DNA from: Eledone cirrhosa
Lineage: Eukaryota
NCBI GenBank assembly: GCA_964016885.1
Contig: OZ024741.1
Coordinates: forward strand, 29,822,001-29,886,000
DNA length: 64,000 nt
Direction: 5' to 3'
A program made the position numbers and the translations under genes. The notes beneath the pieces are model-generated. The model searched no databases. It was given only the letters and a program-made list of their open reading frames with translations, and was not told where the DNA came from. This document shows positions 28,701 through 43,222 of this stretch, piece by piece (the first letter of the stretch is position 1; each line of letters opens with the position of its first letter).

Positions 28701-29490
28701 TACAAATGAATATATGATAAACACTAATACAAGTATATAAGTGTTTGTATTGCAAATGACCAAGTTAGCTAGATTGAAAAATACTAATTAAATTAATACA
28801 GTTTGCCTGTCTCGATTTAAAATAATAAATCAATAAAAACAAACCCATATTGGCAATAGCCGTGATACCTGGACACATTTAAATTTCACAACTCAAATCT
28901 GTTTCGCAACAATAAATGAAAATGCCATTTCTGTGCTCAGCTGCAGGTATCCAGAAATTGGTATGTTTCACTTCAAAATACTTAGGAAGACTGAGAGAAA
29001 TGTGTTGTTGAACGCACATGGTGTCCCAGCGTCTAGCCAGTCCTATACTCGTGCCGCCAGAAATAGCAGCCGGTTTTATGGGACTAAAAAATTTAGCTCA
29101 ATATATGGAGCCGAGAATACTATATATAGAGTTATACACTCAAACAGTATTTTACAATTAAATAGCTCAAAGAAGAGATATTTCTGAGCCGTGAAATACA
29201 AATGAATATATGATAAACACTAATACAAGTATATAAGTGTTTGTATTGCAAATGACCAAGTTATCTAGATTGAAAAATACTAATTAAATTAATACAATTT
29301 GCCTGTCTCGATTTAAAATAATAAATCAATAAAAACAAACCAATATTGGCAATAGCCGTGATACCTGGACAAATTTAAATTTCATAACTCAAATCTGTTT
29401 CGCAACAATAAATGAAAATTCCATTTCTGTGCTCAGCTGCAGGTATCCAGAAATTTCAATTTGTCCAGGTATTCACGGCTCAGAAATACC
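28701..29490 (-). mobile_element. Partial-tandem (~495-bp period) non-coding PLE-type element with degenerate HHR
   Basis: 28701-28958 is repeated at ~29196-29455, followed by a short inversion. Minus strand reads gauaccug-CAGCUGA-gca...ugc-GAAAC...GUC-cagguauc. Same family as 45383-45750 and 48077-48307. Confidence 0.75.
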
Positions 29491-29690
29491 TTTTGTCTTT
29501 GCGTGTAATTGTTTTTCACCGCTCCAAATAATGGCATATTATATTCGTTTTTTCCCGTTCTTTGCCAGGGAACGTTTCCACGAACCAAAGTATCGTATTC
29601 CTGTCTTCCTCCGGTTGCAACGTTTTTTGAAATATTCATTTCTGCGTTCACAGATTGACTTTGTTAGTTTCAGAAGATCCCGTTAAGGGT

Positions 29691-29906
29691 GATGTGTTGG
29701 TGTAAATGGTAGCACAGTGGTCCGGATAACCAAAGATGTGGGTTCGACTCCCATGTACATCAATACTCATCTTTTTCCATTTTACCGAGGGTTCTTGACC
29801 CCACTATCAGGCTAAATAATTTCTTTAATTTCTTTAGTCAAAATACGGCGATAACTTACATTTCTACTATTTTCAAACCCACTCCGGTTTCGAAAATATT
29901 CTTACT
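29691..29906 (+). mobile_element. Element with a tRNA-cloverleaf head (29691-29762), ending in (TA)n
   Basis: Acceptor GATGTGT/GTACATC, D stem GTGT/GCAC, T arm GTGGG-TTCGACT-CCCAT. The body is shared with 36253-36457. Confidence 0.75.
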
Positions 29907-30029
29907 TGATATATATATATAGAGATATAAATAAATATACACATATACAAACATATACAAACACATCTACAGATAAACATATATACACATATACAAAATA
30001 CATAATTACACATACACTAATATATATAT

Positions 30030-30088
<59 letters not shown>

Positions 30089-30380
30089 CATATATATATA
30101 TACATATATACATATATATATATATATACATATAATATATATATATACATACACACACCTAGATATATACACATATATATATATATATATACACATATAT
30201 ATACATATATATATATGTGTGTATATACATATACACACATATATATATATATATATATACACACATACACACATATATATATATACATACACATACATAT
30301 ACATATACATACATATATATATATATACATATATATACATATATATATACACATATACACACACATATATATATATATAT

Positions 30381-30461
<81 letters not shown>

Positions 30462-30767
30462 TATATACATATACATGCAGGTATATATGAACGCACGTAC
30501 ACACAGCAATATGCATACAAACTAACGGCCACTCATACAAACATATACAAACATGTACTCATAAATATACGCATACACACAGGCACATAAAAACACCTCT
30601 ACAAGCACAAAATGCAGATAGGTAAGAGGTACCTACGTAACCATAGTGCCGTGTTTCAGGTTGAGGAGGGGTGGGGGTGCGAATACACATACATATACAA
30701 ATACACACACATATACATATACATACACACACACATATATATACATATATACATATATATATATATA

Positions 30768-31016
30768 TGAAGTAAGATTCCTTGCTGATGCGCTGGGTGT
30801 GGGTGGCATTATCTTTAAGTTTGTAGATTTAAAATACGGGAATACAGGAAAATACCACTGAGTGAACACATTGATACCTGTGCCGCCCAAAATCATCCCA
30901 ACTTCAGAATCTTTCCCCTCTACAAATTTAAAGATAATGCCACCCACACCCAGCGCATCAGCAAGGAATCTTACTTCATTAACAAATACGGACCCCGTTT
31001 AAACACTTCTCCCTAA
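30768..31016 (+). mobile_element. PLE GIY-YIG C-terminal fragment with inverted 5' piece
   Basis: Hand translation gives IPLSEHIDTCAAQNHPNFRIFPLYKF...RISKESYFINKYGPRLNTSP*. 30768-30826 is the reverse complement of ~30919-30979. Confidence 0.75.
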
Positions 31017-31488
31017 GACGAACCCACAACATACACACGTCAACATACATACCTACATCAGCACACATCTCTACCCACATATAAACACAATGACACACGT
31101 AAACACACATGCTCTATGGTGCAATACAAAGAAATATGTGTGCATATATATGTATGTATATATGTATATATATAAATATATGTAGTGGATATATGTATGT
31201 GTGTATATATATATAGTGAATATCATTTCACACCTTTTATTGTTAAGATGTTTGATGTTCTATTAAGATAACCGATTTTACTGAAAAAATCGAATAATGT
31301 ACACCATTTTACCAGGGGGAAAAAAATACTGGTCCACCCACACACACATACACATATACACAGACACATACACACGCGTACATCAACATACAAAGAGACT
31401 TATACACACACACACACACACACACACGCGCACTTCTCCGTATAAGACAAAAGCTGAAAAATATCTTTTGACCTTCGAATGACTCTGC

Positions 31489-31579
<91 letters not shown>

Positions 31580-31648
31580 ATCTTAATAGCCATTTGACAC
31601 ACATCGCTGCTGGCCATTGTCGCAGCATCGAACACCTTACTACTACTA

Positions 31649-31745
<97 letters not shown>

Positions 31746-31776
31746 CATATTTGTTGTGAAAGAGTCATTTCTCAAT

Positions 31777-32003
31777 CTTGGCGCAAAACCAATTATTTAT
31801 CCACATGACCTCTACCGACCAATCAAAATTGTTTTGACCAAGAATTTTTGCTGGAGCCACTTTTTTAACATAAAAACAGTCTTGGCGCAAAATCAACTTT
31901 TTACATTCACATGACCTCTACCGACCAATCAACATTGTTTTGACCACAAGCATTTTTGCAACACAAAAATAACGCTGGAGCCACTTTTTTAACATAAAAA
32001 CAG
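31777..32003. repeat. Two-copy tandem duplication (~105-120 bp)
   Basis: cttggcgcaaaa..cacatgacctctaccgaccaatca..gctggagccacttttttaacataaaaacag occurs twice. Confidence 0.75.
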
Positions 32004-32258
32004 GTAGAATTCCCAAAACTAATCAGATCAGAGCAAACAGCACGGACACTCTATCTCAAAATTATTTTTGAAAAGCATTTAGAAATGCGCAACCGGTAAA
32101 AACTTAAAAACTTAAAACCACAACTGAATACTAACCCATACAATCACTAATACTCTTTTATTCCTAATTAAACCATTTTTCAACTGTGAACAATTTGTCA
32201 GCATTTTCTATTCCGTTTACCAATATATAATAACTTGTGTGTTACACCTCTATTCTTT

Positions 32259-32402
<144 letters not shown>

Positions 32403-32416
32403 GAGAGAGAGAAAGT

Positions 32417-32517
<101 letters not shown>

Positions 32518-32583
32518 ATGATATCAAGTTTTGGATTGTGAAGTTTTAAATAATACATTTTCTCTCTCGCTCTCGCTCTCTCT

Positions 32584-32671
<88 letters not shown>

Positions 32672-32717
32672 GTATATATGTATATATAAGTATATATAGT
32701 CTATCAAAGTTCTTTCG

Positions 32718-33392
32718 TTGCACATCTGCAACATCATCAGTGGTACAATTATTGTTCCCTCCTATTGTATTGTATATCACCGCTACCACACCATCATCAA
32801 CAAAAGCACCATCAAACTCTCCTACAGCACCACACCTAACTTCACACAAAACATCGTCTCCACAAACAACAAAAAACTCAACCCTTATGGAAGATTTAAC
32901 CTAAATATCAGTGGAGAGCCGACCAGGAGGCGTAACTGTCCTGATAGATCCATGTGCCCTCTTAACAACAGATGCCGAGATCGTAATGGGATCTACCTGT
33001 GCAACGTGAGGACGGACACCTCAAACAAAGCTTATATAGGATTAACCGCTTGTGACTTCAAGACCTGGCTCTACCAACACCGACATACTTTCCGAAACCC
33101 GGCCCGGCGACATGCCACTACACTTACGGGCCACATCTGGGACCTCAAAGATAATAATATAACCTACAATCTCACTTGGAGCTTACGGTCCAGAGCTAAC
33201 TCTTACGTGGGAGCAGGCCGTCCGTGCACCTTATGCTCGGAGGAAACATTACAAATGCCGTTTTGGAAGGACCAACTCCTAAACAAGAAAGACGAACTGG
33301 TAACCGCATGCAAACACAGATTGCGTAGGACGTACCTCACCCTCAAACACCATAATGCCCGGGACACACACACACACACACACAAGGGCTGA
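32718..33392 (+). pseudogene. Penelope-like element GIY-YIG endonuclease (5'-truncated ORF)
   Basis: IKLSYS..NC....CPLNNRC...GIY...YIG...FK...H...F...TL..HIWDLK...CTLC.EE...LNKKDE...CKH. Confidence 0.88.
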
Positions 33393-34267
33393 TACCCCCC
33401 ACTTGCCGATTTTGTAAGGATTAACCCCTGCTTACAAAGGTAGACGTAACTTTTTTATCTTTTCCTCTATGTTTCCTTCTTCCCCCCTTCTCTTCCTAGT
33501 CCTTCCACTCCAGATCTCCTTCCTCGTCCTTTTTTCACCTTTCGCCTACCCCGATGCAGCACATCGGTCTTCTGTAGCCTCAGTACCTCCTCCCCCCTAA
33601 TTTTAAGATAGAATTGGCCGATTACGCTTTTTATAGCAGATGTGTTAGACCCCAGTCAATCTTTTTCTTTCTGGTTGCTGCTCCATTTCTATGGTTTTTA
33701 AATTTCTTAGTGGTATTTTTGCATTAGTATGTTTGTATTAGAATTTTTGTAATAGTATTTTGGTAGTAGTATTTTAGTATTTTTGTTCTCAACTTATTAA
33801 CCAGCAATTGTAAGATAGCATTACTGTAACGCCGGATTTATAAAATTCTTTTACTACAATCCCGTATTTAGTATTTTTCCCATTCTCCACCTATTAAACT
33901 TTTCTATAGCTTAGCAATACCAATGAGAGATTTGGTGGTTGTAGAAATGGAGTAGTAACCAGAAATTATTTTTATATATTTATTTCCTTATTTTTATAAT
34001 GGGTTTTTTTTTAATCCCTTTCGATTTACCTATTCTTTCAGCCTCTTCTCCACTACACTTTTTTCGACCTTTTATAAACTATCCTTAGAATCTGCTGTAT
34101 AGATTTCACTTTCAACACTTCACTCGGTTTCCCCCACTCCCTCTTTGTTCTACCGGCAAGTTCAGCCACCCCTACCTCCCACCAAATGCCATGATAGATT
34201 TATCTGTCTTTACAACAAATGTTTGACCAATCCACTTGACAATTACTATCTTCCCATATAAGGAAAT

Positions 34268-34344
34268 ACCCCCTGAGAAGTTCGGCTATTTATTTACCAG
34301 GCTAAAAATTCTTATTTAGTCCAGAAATAGCCGTTGAAACGGCT
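34268..34344 (+). ncRNA. Hammerhead motif at the end of the PLE 3' UTR
   Basis: acccc-CUGAGAA-..cggcuauuu...aauagccguu-GAAACggc uugagcucu gccGUC-ggggu. The 3' half is near-identical to 45225-45265. Confidence 0.7.
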
Positions 34345-34669
34345 TGAGCTCTGCCGTCGGGGTTTTACTTGTTCCTATATATATATAAATTTGATAGGTT
34401 TTGGCCAGTATTGACCCAGGCCATGTCTACCTTAATAGCACTACCTGGCGAAGTCAAAATAGAATTTGGACACCGTGGCCCACTCAAGAAGAGAGCTATT
34501 GTTTGCGGAGATATATCTTGGTGTGGGAGGTTTATCTTGGATTTCTTTAAGAAATTTGTCCAAAGACTTCTTGAACTTTATGGCTTTCTGTTTTGATGTG
34601 TAGGCTAAAAGAATGATTCAGGTCCCCGACGATGATCTCTTGTCTATATATATATACATTTGGAAAGAA

Positions 34670-35045
34670 GCTCTTAAATTTTAAGAACTTTTTAAATTTT
34701 GAAGAACATTTTTTTTAATTTCCCACCAGAAAGGGACCTGTGACAGACAGGCTGAAAGAACCCCCCCCCCAGATGTGTGTATTGTTATATATATACAAAC
34801 ACACACACACCTCAAAATGAGAGAGATAAAATTACTCATTCCAGAAGTTCCTGTTTGAGAGCCAATACTAATGCTCTGCTCTGTTATTTGTTTTTATTTT
34901 GAAATAATGTTTTAAGTTTTAAGAATTTTTTTAATTTTGAAGAAAAATTTGTTCAATTTCCCACCACAAAGGGACCTATGACATACAGGCTGACTTCCCC
35001 CAACACCCACCCCACACACACATGTGTGTATTGTTATTTATACAC
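34670..35045. repeat. Direct repeat of ~130 bp, ~240-bp period
   Basis: ttttaagaa..ttttgaagaa..aatttcccacca.aaagggacct.tgaca.acaggctga occurs twice. Confidence 0.65.
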
Positions 35046-35589
35046 CCTCACACTGTACACACACTCCCTAAAACCATATTCTAATAATAGAATTTATTTT
35101 ACAACACCACTGTTGCCATAGAATTTGTCTCTAACTTACAACTTGTGCCCCCCAAACAATTTTGTTCTGTGAAGAAACACAACTACCAACCTGCTGCTAC
35201 TATCATGACTACACACGCCTCTCTCTATTAACAAGAACTCATTCTCCAGTCCCCTTCTGAGCAAGGAAGATGGAAAAAAACTTACTCCAACTCTTAATTT
35301 CAAATATTTAATTTTTAGTTTTTAATTCCTATTAATTCTTTTTTATTGTAATACTCAACATTTAATAAGATGAAATTTAATAATACATCGAACCGGTAAT
35401 ACTTTATATACTTTATATACATTATATACATTATAAAACATTTTTTTAAAAGAATTGTCCTTCTCACTTTTTCAATAATGTCCTCTTTTCAATAATGTCA
35501 CTTTGACGAATCAAAGAAAGGAAAAAAAAAGAAAAACGGACCCTAAAATATATTTTTCGTGCTATTTCCAACTTCACCATTCTCCCCCT

Positions 35590-35659
<70 letters not shown>

Positions 35660-35660
<1 letters not shown>

Positions 35661-36072
35661 CGATTTTAAATAAATGGAAACTATATTTATAAAACTATAT
35701 TTATTCTATTATATATATTCCAAGGGTACTAAAAACCTTGGTATGCTTTCATCAGATAAAATACAAAGAGTGTTTTATAAATTTTGACATAGCCAAGGAA
35801 AACTTACCTTATCAGTTGAATATTCCAAGGTATGTTTTCCTTAGCTATGTCAAAATTTATAAAATACTCTTTGTATTTTATCTGATGAAAGCGTACCAAT
35901 GTTTTTGACCCCCTTGAAATATATATAATAAAATAAATATGGTTTTATAAATATAGTTTCCATTTATTTAATATCACTGAATATTTACTCCAGAAACTTG
36001 TCGAGTGCTCTGAATCAGCTATAAACATTTATATTTGTTGAATTTCCAACAAATTAAATATCCCTTCCACTT
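35660..36072. mobile_element. PLE-type fold-back with HHR (+ 35874-35935) and tail hairpin
   Basis: Arms are ~35661-35810 / 35826-35977. HHR reads uauuuuau-CUGAUGA-aag...cuu-GAAA-uauaua-UA-auaaaaua. Confidence 0.85.
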
Positions 36073-36084
36073 ATATATATATAT

Positions 36085-36456
36085 AAAATAGAATAGCTTT
36101 CACCGTATTTTTGACTAAAGAAATTTTAGCCTGATAATGGTGTTTAGAACCCTCAGATAAATGGAAACAGATGAGTATTGACGTACATGGGATTCGAACC
36201 CACATATTTGGTTATCCAGACCACTGTGCTACCATTACACCAACACATCACCATGTGTTGGTGTAATGGTAGCACAGTGGTCTGGATAACCAAATATGTG
36301 GGTTCGAATCCCATGTACGTCAATACTCATCTGTTTCCATTTATCTGAGGGTTCTAAACCCCATTATCAGGCTAAAATTTCTTTAGTCAAAAATACGGTG
36401 AAAGCTATTCTATTTTCTAATTTCAAACCTGCTCACTGTTTTAAAACATACTTACT

Positions 36457-36457
<1 letters not shown>
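36085..36457. mobile_element. Head-to-head palindrome of the tRNA-headed element
   Basis: tRNA-like heads at - 36179-36249 and + 36253-36322. Arms are ~36085-36249 / 36253-36416, flanked by (TA)n. Confidence 0.85.
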
Positions 36458-36487
<30 letters not shown>

Positions 36488-36779
36488 TCGCCTATATATA
36501 TATATATATATATATATAAGTAAGTATGTGACCGGTTTCAAAACATATATATCTATGACTTTATGTATATGTAAACCTTTTATATTTAATAATCTCCCGT
36601 TAGGTTGAGATACAATTGGGCGATATTGGGCTGCGCTTTCTAGCAACAAGCCTACCCGCCGTAAGCAACTAATCACATTCTTTCTAACTTGACCACTGCC
36701 ACGTCACGATTCTTAGCCATTTTTAAATCTATTTTTGGCGCGATCACTTTGGAAAATTAAATGTCTAATTTAGAGTTCG

Positions 36780-36853
36780 CTCCTGATGAGTCTGAAACTC
36801 TGGACATATCCTGTTATTGGATGTCTCAAAATACGGACGAAACCATGGTATAG
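36780..36853 (+). ncRNA. Hammerhead core, weak stem I
   Basis: CUGAUGA-gucug...cggac-GAAAC-caug-GUA, with palindromic ACCAUGGU. Confidence 0.65.
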
Positions 36854-37136
36854 ATATAATTACGGTATGCACACATTTCTTCTAAGTTTGAATTTACACC
36901 TAATTGTTTATGGTTGCCGGTATATTTAGTCAGTTTCCACATGCTGTTGAAATGTTGGATAAATACTCTATGGGGGCCACCGCGAAGAGGCCGCTTTCGG
37001 TTATTTGTCGAAAATTTCTTCATAGGAGCCTTTATTCTTATAGCTTGGTCTAATTGATTTTTTTATATGGTTAATTATGGTAATTGTGAGAAGAAATGGT
37101 ATATATTTTATCTAGTGATACTAAGGACATGATTTA

Positions 37137-37167
<31 letters not shown>

Positions 37168-37180
37168 CTCTGTCAATTCG

Positions 37181-37220
<40 letters not shown>

Positions 37221-37223
<3 letters not shown>

Positions 37224-38972
37224 TCTTTTACTCTTTTACCTGTTCTAGCCATCCGGCTGAGGCCATGTTCGGGCTCCACTGTTGTTGCTACACATTTTAT
37301 CTCTAGTCTGTGTTTGCTCGCCATTGGTTTAAGAGGGAGTTCGTTGCTGCTGCCCTTGGGTTACATTCGTACCGTACTGTGGGCTCATCCGGGATTCTGG
37401 ATAGCAGTGTGTCAAGATGTTTCTTGAAAACATTCACGTCCACACCATGTAGATCTCTCAAATTTCTTGGCAGCCTGTTGAAGAGGGCCTTTGACCCCCA
37501 GGCTATTGCATTATCTGCTTCTTATTCGAGATGTGAAAGACAGGACCTTTGGCACCACACAGTGACGTCCTGTTCGAGGTTTTGTCCAACTCTCAGTACC
37601 AAAGTTTGTTGCTAGTCCCTCCAGGATTTTCCATATGTATGTCACTGCGTATCTCCCCCGTCTTCGTTCTAAAGAGTAGAGTTTCAGTTCTTTTAGCCTC
37701 TCCAAGTAGCTCATCTTCTTCATTGTAGCAATCCTCTTGGTGGAGCTTCACTGGATTGCCTCATGCTCTGTGGTTAGTTTGGTACTCTGGGGTGACCACA
37801 GGTGGGAGCTCTAGTCAAGGCGGTTTAGGAAAATTGTCCTCCATAGTATCAACATGGTCTCTTGGTCTCTTGTCCGAAAAGTCCTCAAGATCCAGCCAGC
37901 TAGTCGCCTGCACATTGTCGCCACCCTCATGATGTGTGAAGAAAAAGATGCATCACCGCTCATGTCTATTCCCAGGTATCGTAACGATTTCGTCACGGGG
38001 ATTTCTATCCTTCTTGGTCCCGTGTAGATATGTTGTATTGTCTTTGTGTTTGCAGCCTGGTATTGTAGGGCTTGACATTTTCCAGCATTAAACTGTATGT
38101 TGTTGTCCTCAGCCCATTCGTATATGGCATCGAGATTTTGTTGTTAAAGGGCAGCATCAGCCGCGTTTTGATTGCCTGTGCTACCTTTGTGTCATCAGCA
38201 CAGCTAGTGAGGATGTTGTATGTACTACAGAGGGCATGTCCGAGAGAGCCACCAAAATTAGTAGTGATCCCAAGACTGTGCCCTGGACACCCCACTTGTT
38301 ATTGATATTTCCTTTAAGAGGGCCCCACTGGCTGCAATTGTTTGACTTGTGTCTTTTAAGAAGTCATGCAGCCACTCATCTACTTTTCCAGTTAGGCCGA
38401 GTCTGTGTAGTTTGTAACATATCATTTCGTGGTCGACCTTGTCAAAGGCCTTCGCAAAGTCCAGATATATCACGTCCACATGTGCGCTGTCCAGCAGTTG
38501 TTTTAGTACCCTGTCATTGTGTTGTAACAGCTACGTAAGGCAGCTTCTTCCTGGACGAAAGCCATGCTGCGTGTTATCTAGGCGGTCATTTTCCGCGAGG
38601 AACGTGATCAGTTTCTTTCTGATGATTCGTGTTCCATGCTCTTACTGATAAGTGACGTCAGGGTGACTGGCTTGTAGTTTTTGGACTCCGCTCTGCTTCC
38701 ACCTTTATGGATAGGGCATATTGCGCCTTCTTTTAGCTCTCTGGGTAGTGTACCGCTAGCCAAACAACTTGTGAAGAGGATCTTCAGTGGTCCCGCTAAG
38801 GCACGTTTACATGTTTTTAGGAGGACTGCTTGGAATCCATCAGGTCTAGCAGCTGAGTTTGTTCTAATTTCGTTTATGGTGGATATCACATCTTCCTCCG
38901 TTATGTCTATGTGGTTGATGGTCGCCATTTCTTCCTGGAGTGTTGTAGCATCAAAGAAATCCTCTGGCTTTG
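37221..38972 (-). mobile_element. 5'-truncated CR1-group LINE (RT + C-terminus) with (TAAAAGAG)n 3' end
   Basis: NYKPVTLTSLISK, VDVIYLDFAKAFDKVDH, ADDTK, YLGI and YLERLKELKLYSLERRR. tactcttttactctttta marks the 3' terminus. Confidence 0.88.
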
Positions 38973-39074
38973 TTATATATATATATATATATATATATAT
39001 CCTGCTATATCAAGCGTTAACCTAATATATCCTTTCCATATACTGTACCGATTGTGTTGTTATTTCTGTTTACC

Positions 39075-39245
<171 letters not shown>

Positions 39246-40017
39246 CATCCCACTGAAGTCAACTTTGCCTTTCATCCATTCAAGGTCGGTAAAAAAACGC
39301 CAGTCAAGGACTAGAGGTGATTCTTTCTCTATATCTCGTTCTCTCTTCCTTTCTCACCCTATCTGTCCTTCAGGCCTGGAGAGGTAACACAACTCCATCT
39401 ACTATCTTGAGCATAACTAACTTCTTGCATTCACTTGCATTGAATTTCAAGCACTTAATACATACATTTATCATGCCACATATTTATCTTGATAATAGTC
39501 ATGGACCTATGGCAAACAGTCTGTCTTCCCTGTGTGTGCCGGACACTGCTTCATTCAGCTTTTACTGTTTACTGATATCACCTATATCTATCTGAAATTC
39601 CGAGTGACAATGGAGGGAATGATATTCAACATCAATTCATTCTCTTTATTTCTTTATTGATTACTGTTTCTATAGCTGAGTAGAATTTTATTATTGTAAA
39701 TACTACTGAATATGTAACCAATAATTTGGAAAGGTAAATATTTTCAGACAAAGACAAATTCCATCTATATGTATTCTACGAGTCAATTTTATAAACGATT
39801 GAGTGGAAATATGGAAAATTCTTCAGTTATTCAACATGTAAGTCCATATATCTATTAATGTCTAAATCCTGATGATAAAGTATCTATATCTTTCTTCGGA
39901 ACCAGCATAGTTCTTATGGGATGAACTTAAGTTATTACGAATGAGAAATATGCATGCAGTGGTACATAAGAATTACATATCTACATCAATAGACAAGCAA
40001 ATAGAAATATGTGTGGG

Positions 40018-40168
<151 letters not shown>

Positions 40169-40769
40169 AGAGAGAGAGAGAGAGATTTCTATTATATATA
40201 TACACGCATACATATCTAACTGCCTATCTGTTCAAATAGATATTATATATAGTATCCTACCTGCTTGAATGTATCTTTGTTGTGGTTATAAAATATAGTC
40301 ACATATAGTTGTCACACTTTCTTAACACTGTCTTTACTCTGATTAAAATGTATAAATCTTTTCTCAACATTGAGTGCTCTATGACCACCTCAAGCAATTT
40401 GATTGGTATCTGTTCTACTGTAGTTACAACTACCATTTATACTAAGTAAATATAAAGAAAAACGATGAAGTTACTTTTTAAAAAAATACAGTATATAGCA
40501 ACAGTTTTTTTACAGTCAGTCCCCCAGGTCGAAATGTAATTTTCAATTTCCTATCCTTGTTTCCCTATCTTCCATGATAAGTTTGGGTTTAACATAACCC
40601 TGTTATGTAATTCTGTCGAATTTACCTGATGATATCGTTCTGTTTTGTATCATAATTGGATGATGGACCTGGACCATAGAAATATGTTTAGTGATTTCAC
40701 GGAATTAAAATTTTAAAGCATATCTTTCAGTCTGGCCTTCTGTTGAGGTTTTATTCATATATATATATG

Positions 40770-41322
40770 TGAAATGTGTTTTCTTGTTGGGGTGTGGAAT
40801 CCTGCAAAAGCAACTGCTGCCTGAATTGATCTATCTTTTAGATTTAGGGTTACACCATGGCTAGAGAAAGTGTCTGGGTAGCCGTTGATTTCTAACAGCC
40901 TGGCTGGTGTGTGTGGCTATAGTTGAAGCGTCACTGCATCTGTTGTGTGTGCGCACAATTTCACTTTTTATGTATTCTATTTTAGAGCTGTTGCGGAGGT
41001 TCAATTTATGGTGTACGAAAAGATCCCTGCACGCAACCCTGCGGTAGAAATCGGTGCCGATTTCCCGCTTTCGGTGATATACACTCTGAAGTCAAGAAGT
41101 GTGAGTGATCCGATTTCGGGACTGTGTTCTATACTGAATCTAATGAATTCATCTTCGTTGTTGGCATTCTCGTGGGAAGATGCGAGGATAGGGACATTGT
41201 CCACATACATAGTGAATATTGTGCAGGCGTGGCAAGGGCTGGGAACTCGGTGTTCAAGCCGGTTCAGGTATGTGATGCCAGTACACCCGAAGGGCTCATT
41301 TCTACAATTTGAGCGATGTGGA
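40770..41322 (-). pseudogene. Penelope-like RT fragment (palm/thumb)
   Basis: YVDN (from YVDD), IRFSIEH...LTLLDFRV, and NGYP further downstream. Confidence 0.6.
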
Positions 41323-41340
41323 AATATATATATATATATA

Positions 41341-41543
41341 GGACAAGAGTCATGACCCCGACGGTAAAGCTCCGGCCGTTTCGACAGCTAGATCCGAACT
41401 AAGCCAACAGAACTGCTGGCTTAGTTCGGATCTAGTTGTCGAAACGGGGTCCTGACATTTTCCTATTACCCACTCTACTTCCCTAAGTATCGAGTACTCT
41501 GGTGCGTTATGTTCCACCTGGTTTCTTAGCACACTTTCTTTAT
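41341..41543. mobile_element. Small PLE-type fold-back (HHR 3' half + tail hairpin)
   Basis: ccgtttcgacagctagatccgaactaagcca / tggcttagttcggatctagttgtcgaaacgg. Tail is homologous to 45275-45355. Confidence 0.78.
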
Positions 41544-42469
41544 TATATATATGTGTGCGTGTATATATATATATATATATATATACAGTCGCGTACGTAC
41601 GTGTGATTAGATATACATGGGGCGATATGTATGTATAAGTATACGTGCATCCTGTGTAAGTATGTACGCATGCATACGCTTTTGTCTGTACGTATTGCAT
41701 GTATATATATATATTTTCTTATAGATATATGTTTTTTATAGATATATGTGTATGTACGCGTGTATCTTCTTTTCTTTTCTTTTCTTTTCTTTTCTTTTCT
41801 CTAGCGTTAATTGACTACTTTCTCTTTCATTTAAATATTTTTTTCTTTCTCACATATTGTTTAATTTTTATACATATATCGAGAATGACACTTTTTTTTA
41901 ACTATTACACTCCCTTCCCCCTTTATCTTCCGCATATAAGTGATCGCGCGTGTGTGTCTTTATACGCGTGCTTTCATAATCATATGTGTATCTAATACCT
42001 GCTTCTGGATTCGTGTCAACTAGATTATATCCGTATTTGTGGTTACATATACACAAATATACTTGCCCTCATATATGTACTTACGCACACATTTTCACCA
42101 TACACACGCATTTGTACATACATACATATGTATTTTTGTGAGTGTATATACATACATATATACACACCTAACTATATTTCCTTATATTTTTTTATATATT
42201 TTATATGTCTATTGCATTACCTTTATTTATATATATATATATTTTTTTGCATTTCTTGAGGAGACTTTCCAAAATTTTTCCCTATGTTTTATATTGCCTT
42301 GTCCGACGAGCGAATGAGGACGTTTCTTTCGTATTCGTGTTATTAGGGAAACCTCTGGTAATGAGGTAATTATATTGTATTGTTTATTATACATAAAATT
42401 TTGCTCTGGTACTTACATAGAGCACTATTCACTCCTATGACTTTTTCAATTCCAACGGAAACTTCAATA

Positions 42470-42509
<40 letters not shown>

Positions 42510-42541
42510 CACCTGTATATATATATATATATATATATAAA

Positions 42542-42712
42542 TATCCAAAATTAAGATAAATCAAACGAATTTAATTTAAATCAAAATTATGGGGGTCATG
42601 CCAGAAAGACATGCGCCATATCACCCAGGTGATATGGCGCATGTCTTTCTGGCATGACCCCCATAATTTTGATTTAGATTAAATTCGTTTGATTTATCTT
42701 ACTTTTGGATAT
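42542..42712. repeat. Near-perfect 170-bp palindrome at the start of a (TA)n-flanked insert that runs to ~43143
   Basis: ...gacatgcgccatatcacc-ca-ggtgatatggcgcatgtc... Confidence 0.85.
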
Positions 42713-43142
42713 AGATATATAAATACGGCTCCTTAATTGCAGAACTAACTCTGTTGAAAGGACTCGACTGCTGTTTCTAGTTGTCGATAACCCTATTCAC
42801 GCCACTGGGACGAAGATAGTATGATGTGTGTATTTCTAGTAAATACTACAGGTGCTGGCCAGTCGCTGATTTGAACTTGTAGTGTAAACACGGATTGCTG
42901 GAAATTTCTTCCGTGTTGAAAATCCATATCTCCAATTCTGTGGTTTACCATCTGATTAATTGGTGAAATATATTTATTTAATGAAATATATACAGGGAAG
43001 ATTAATCATATTATAAGGTATCTATTTTTGAAATTCTGGTCAACTTTATTTAGTTACCTACCTAGCTATGTGTGGTTACACACTTGTAAACATTATCTCC
43101 TGTTATTATTCATGTTTATTTATATGTTAATACATCTCTAGT

Positions 43143-43222
<80 letters not shown>

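Noticed and set aside
36253-36322. Functional tRNA gene
   Set aside because: It has several G-U pairs, a mismatched anticodon stem and an atypical loop, and it is always fused to the same downstream body, so it is treated as a SINE-type head.
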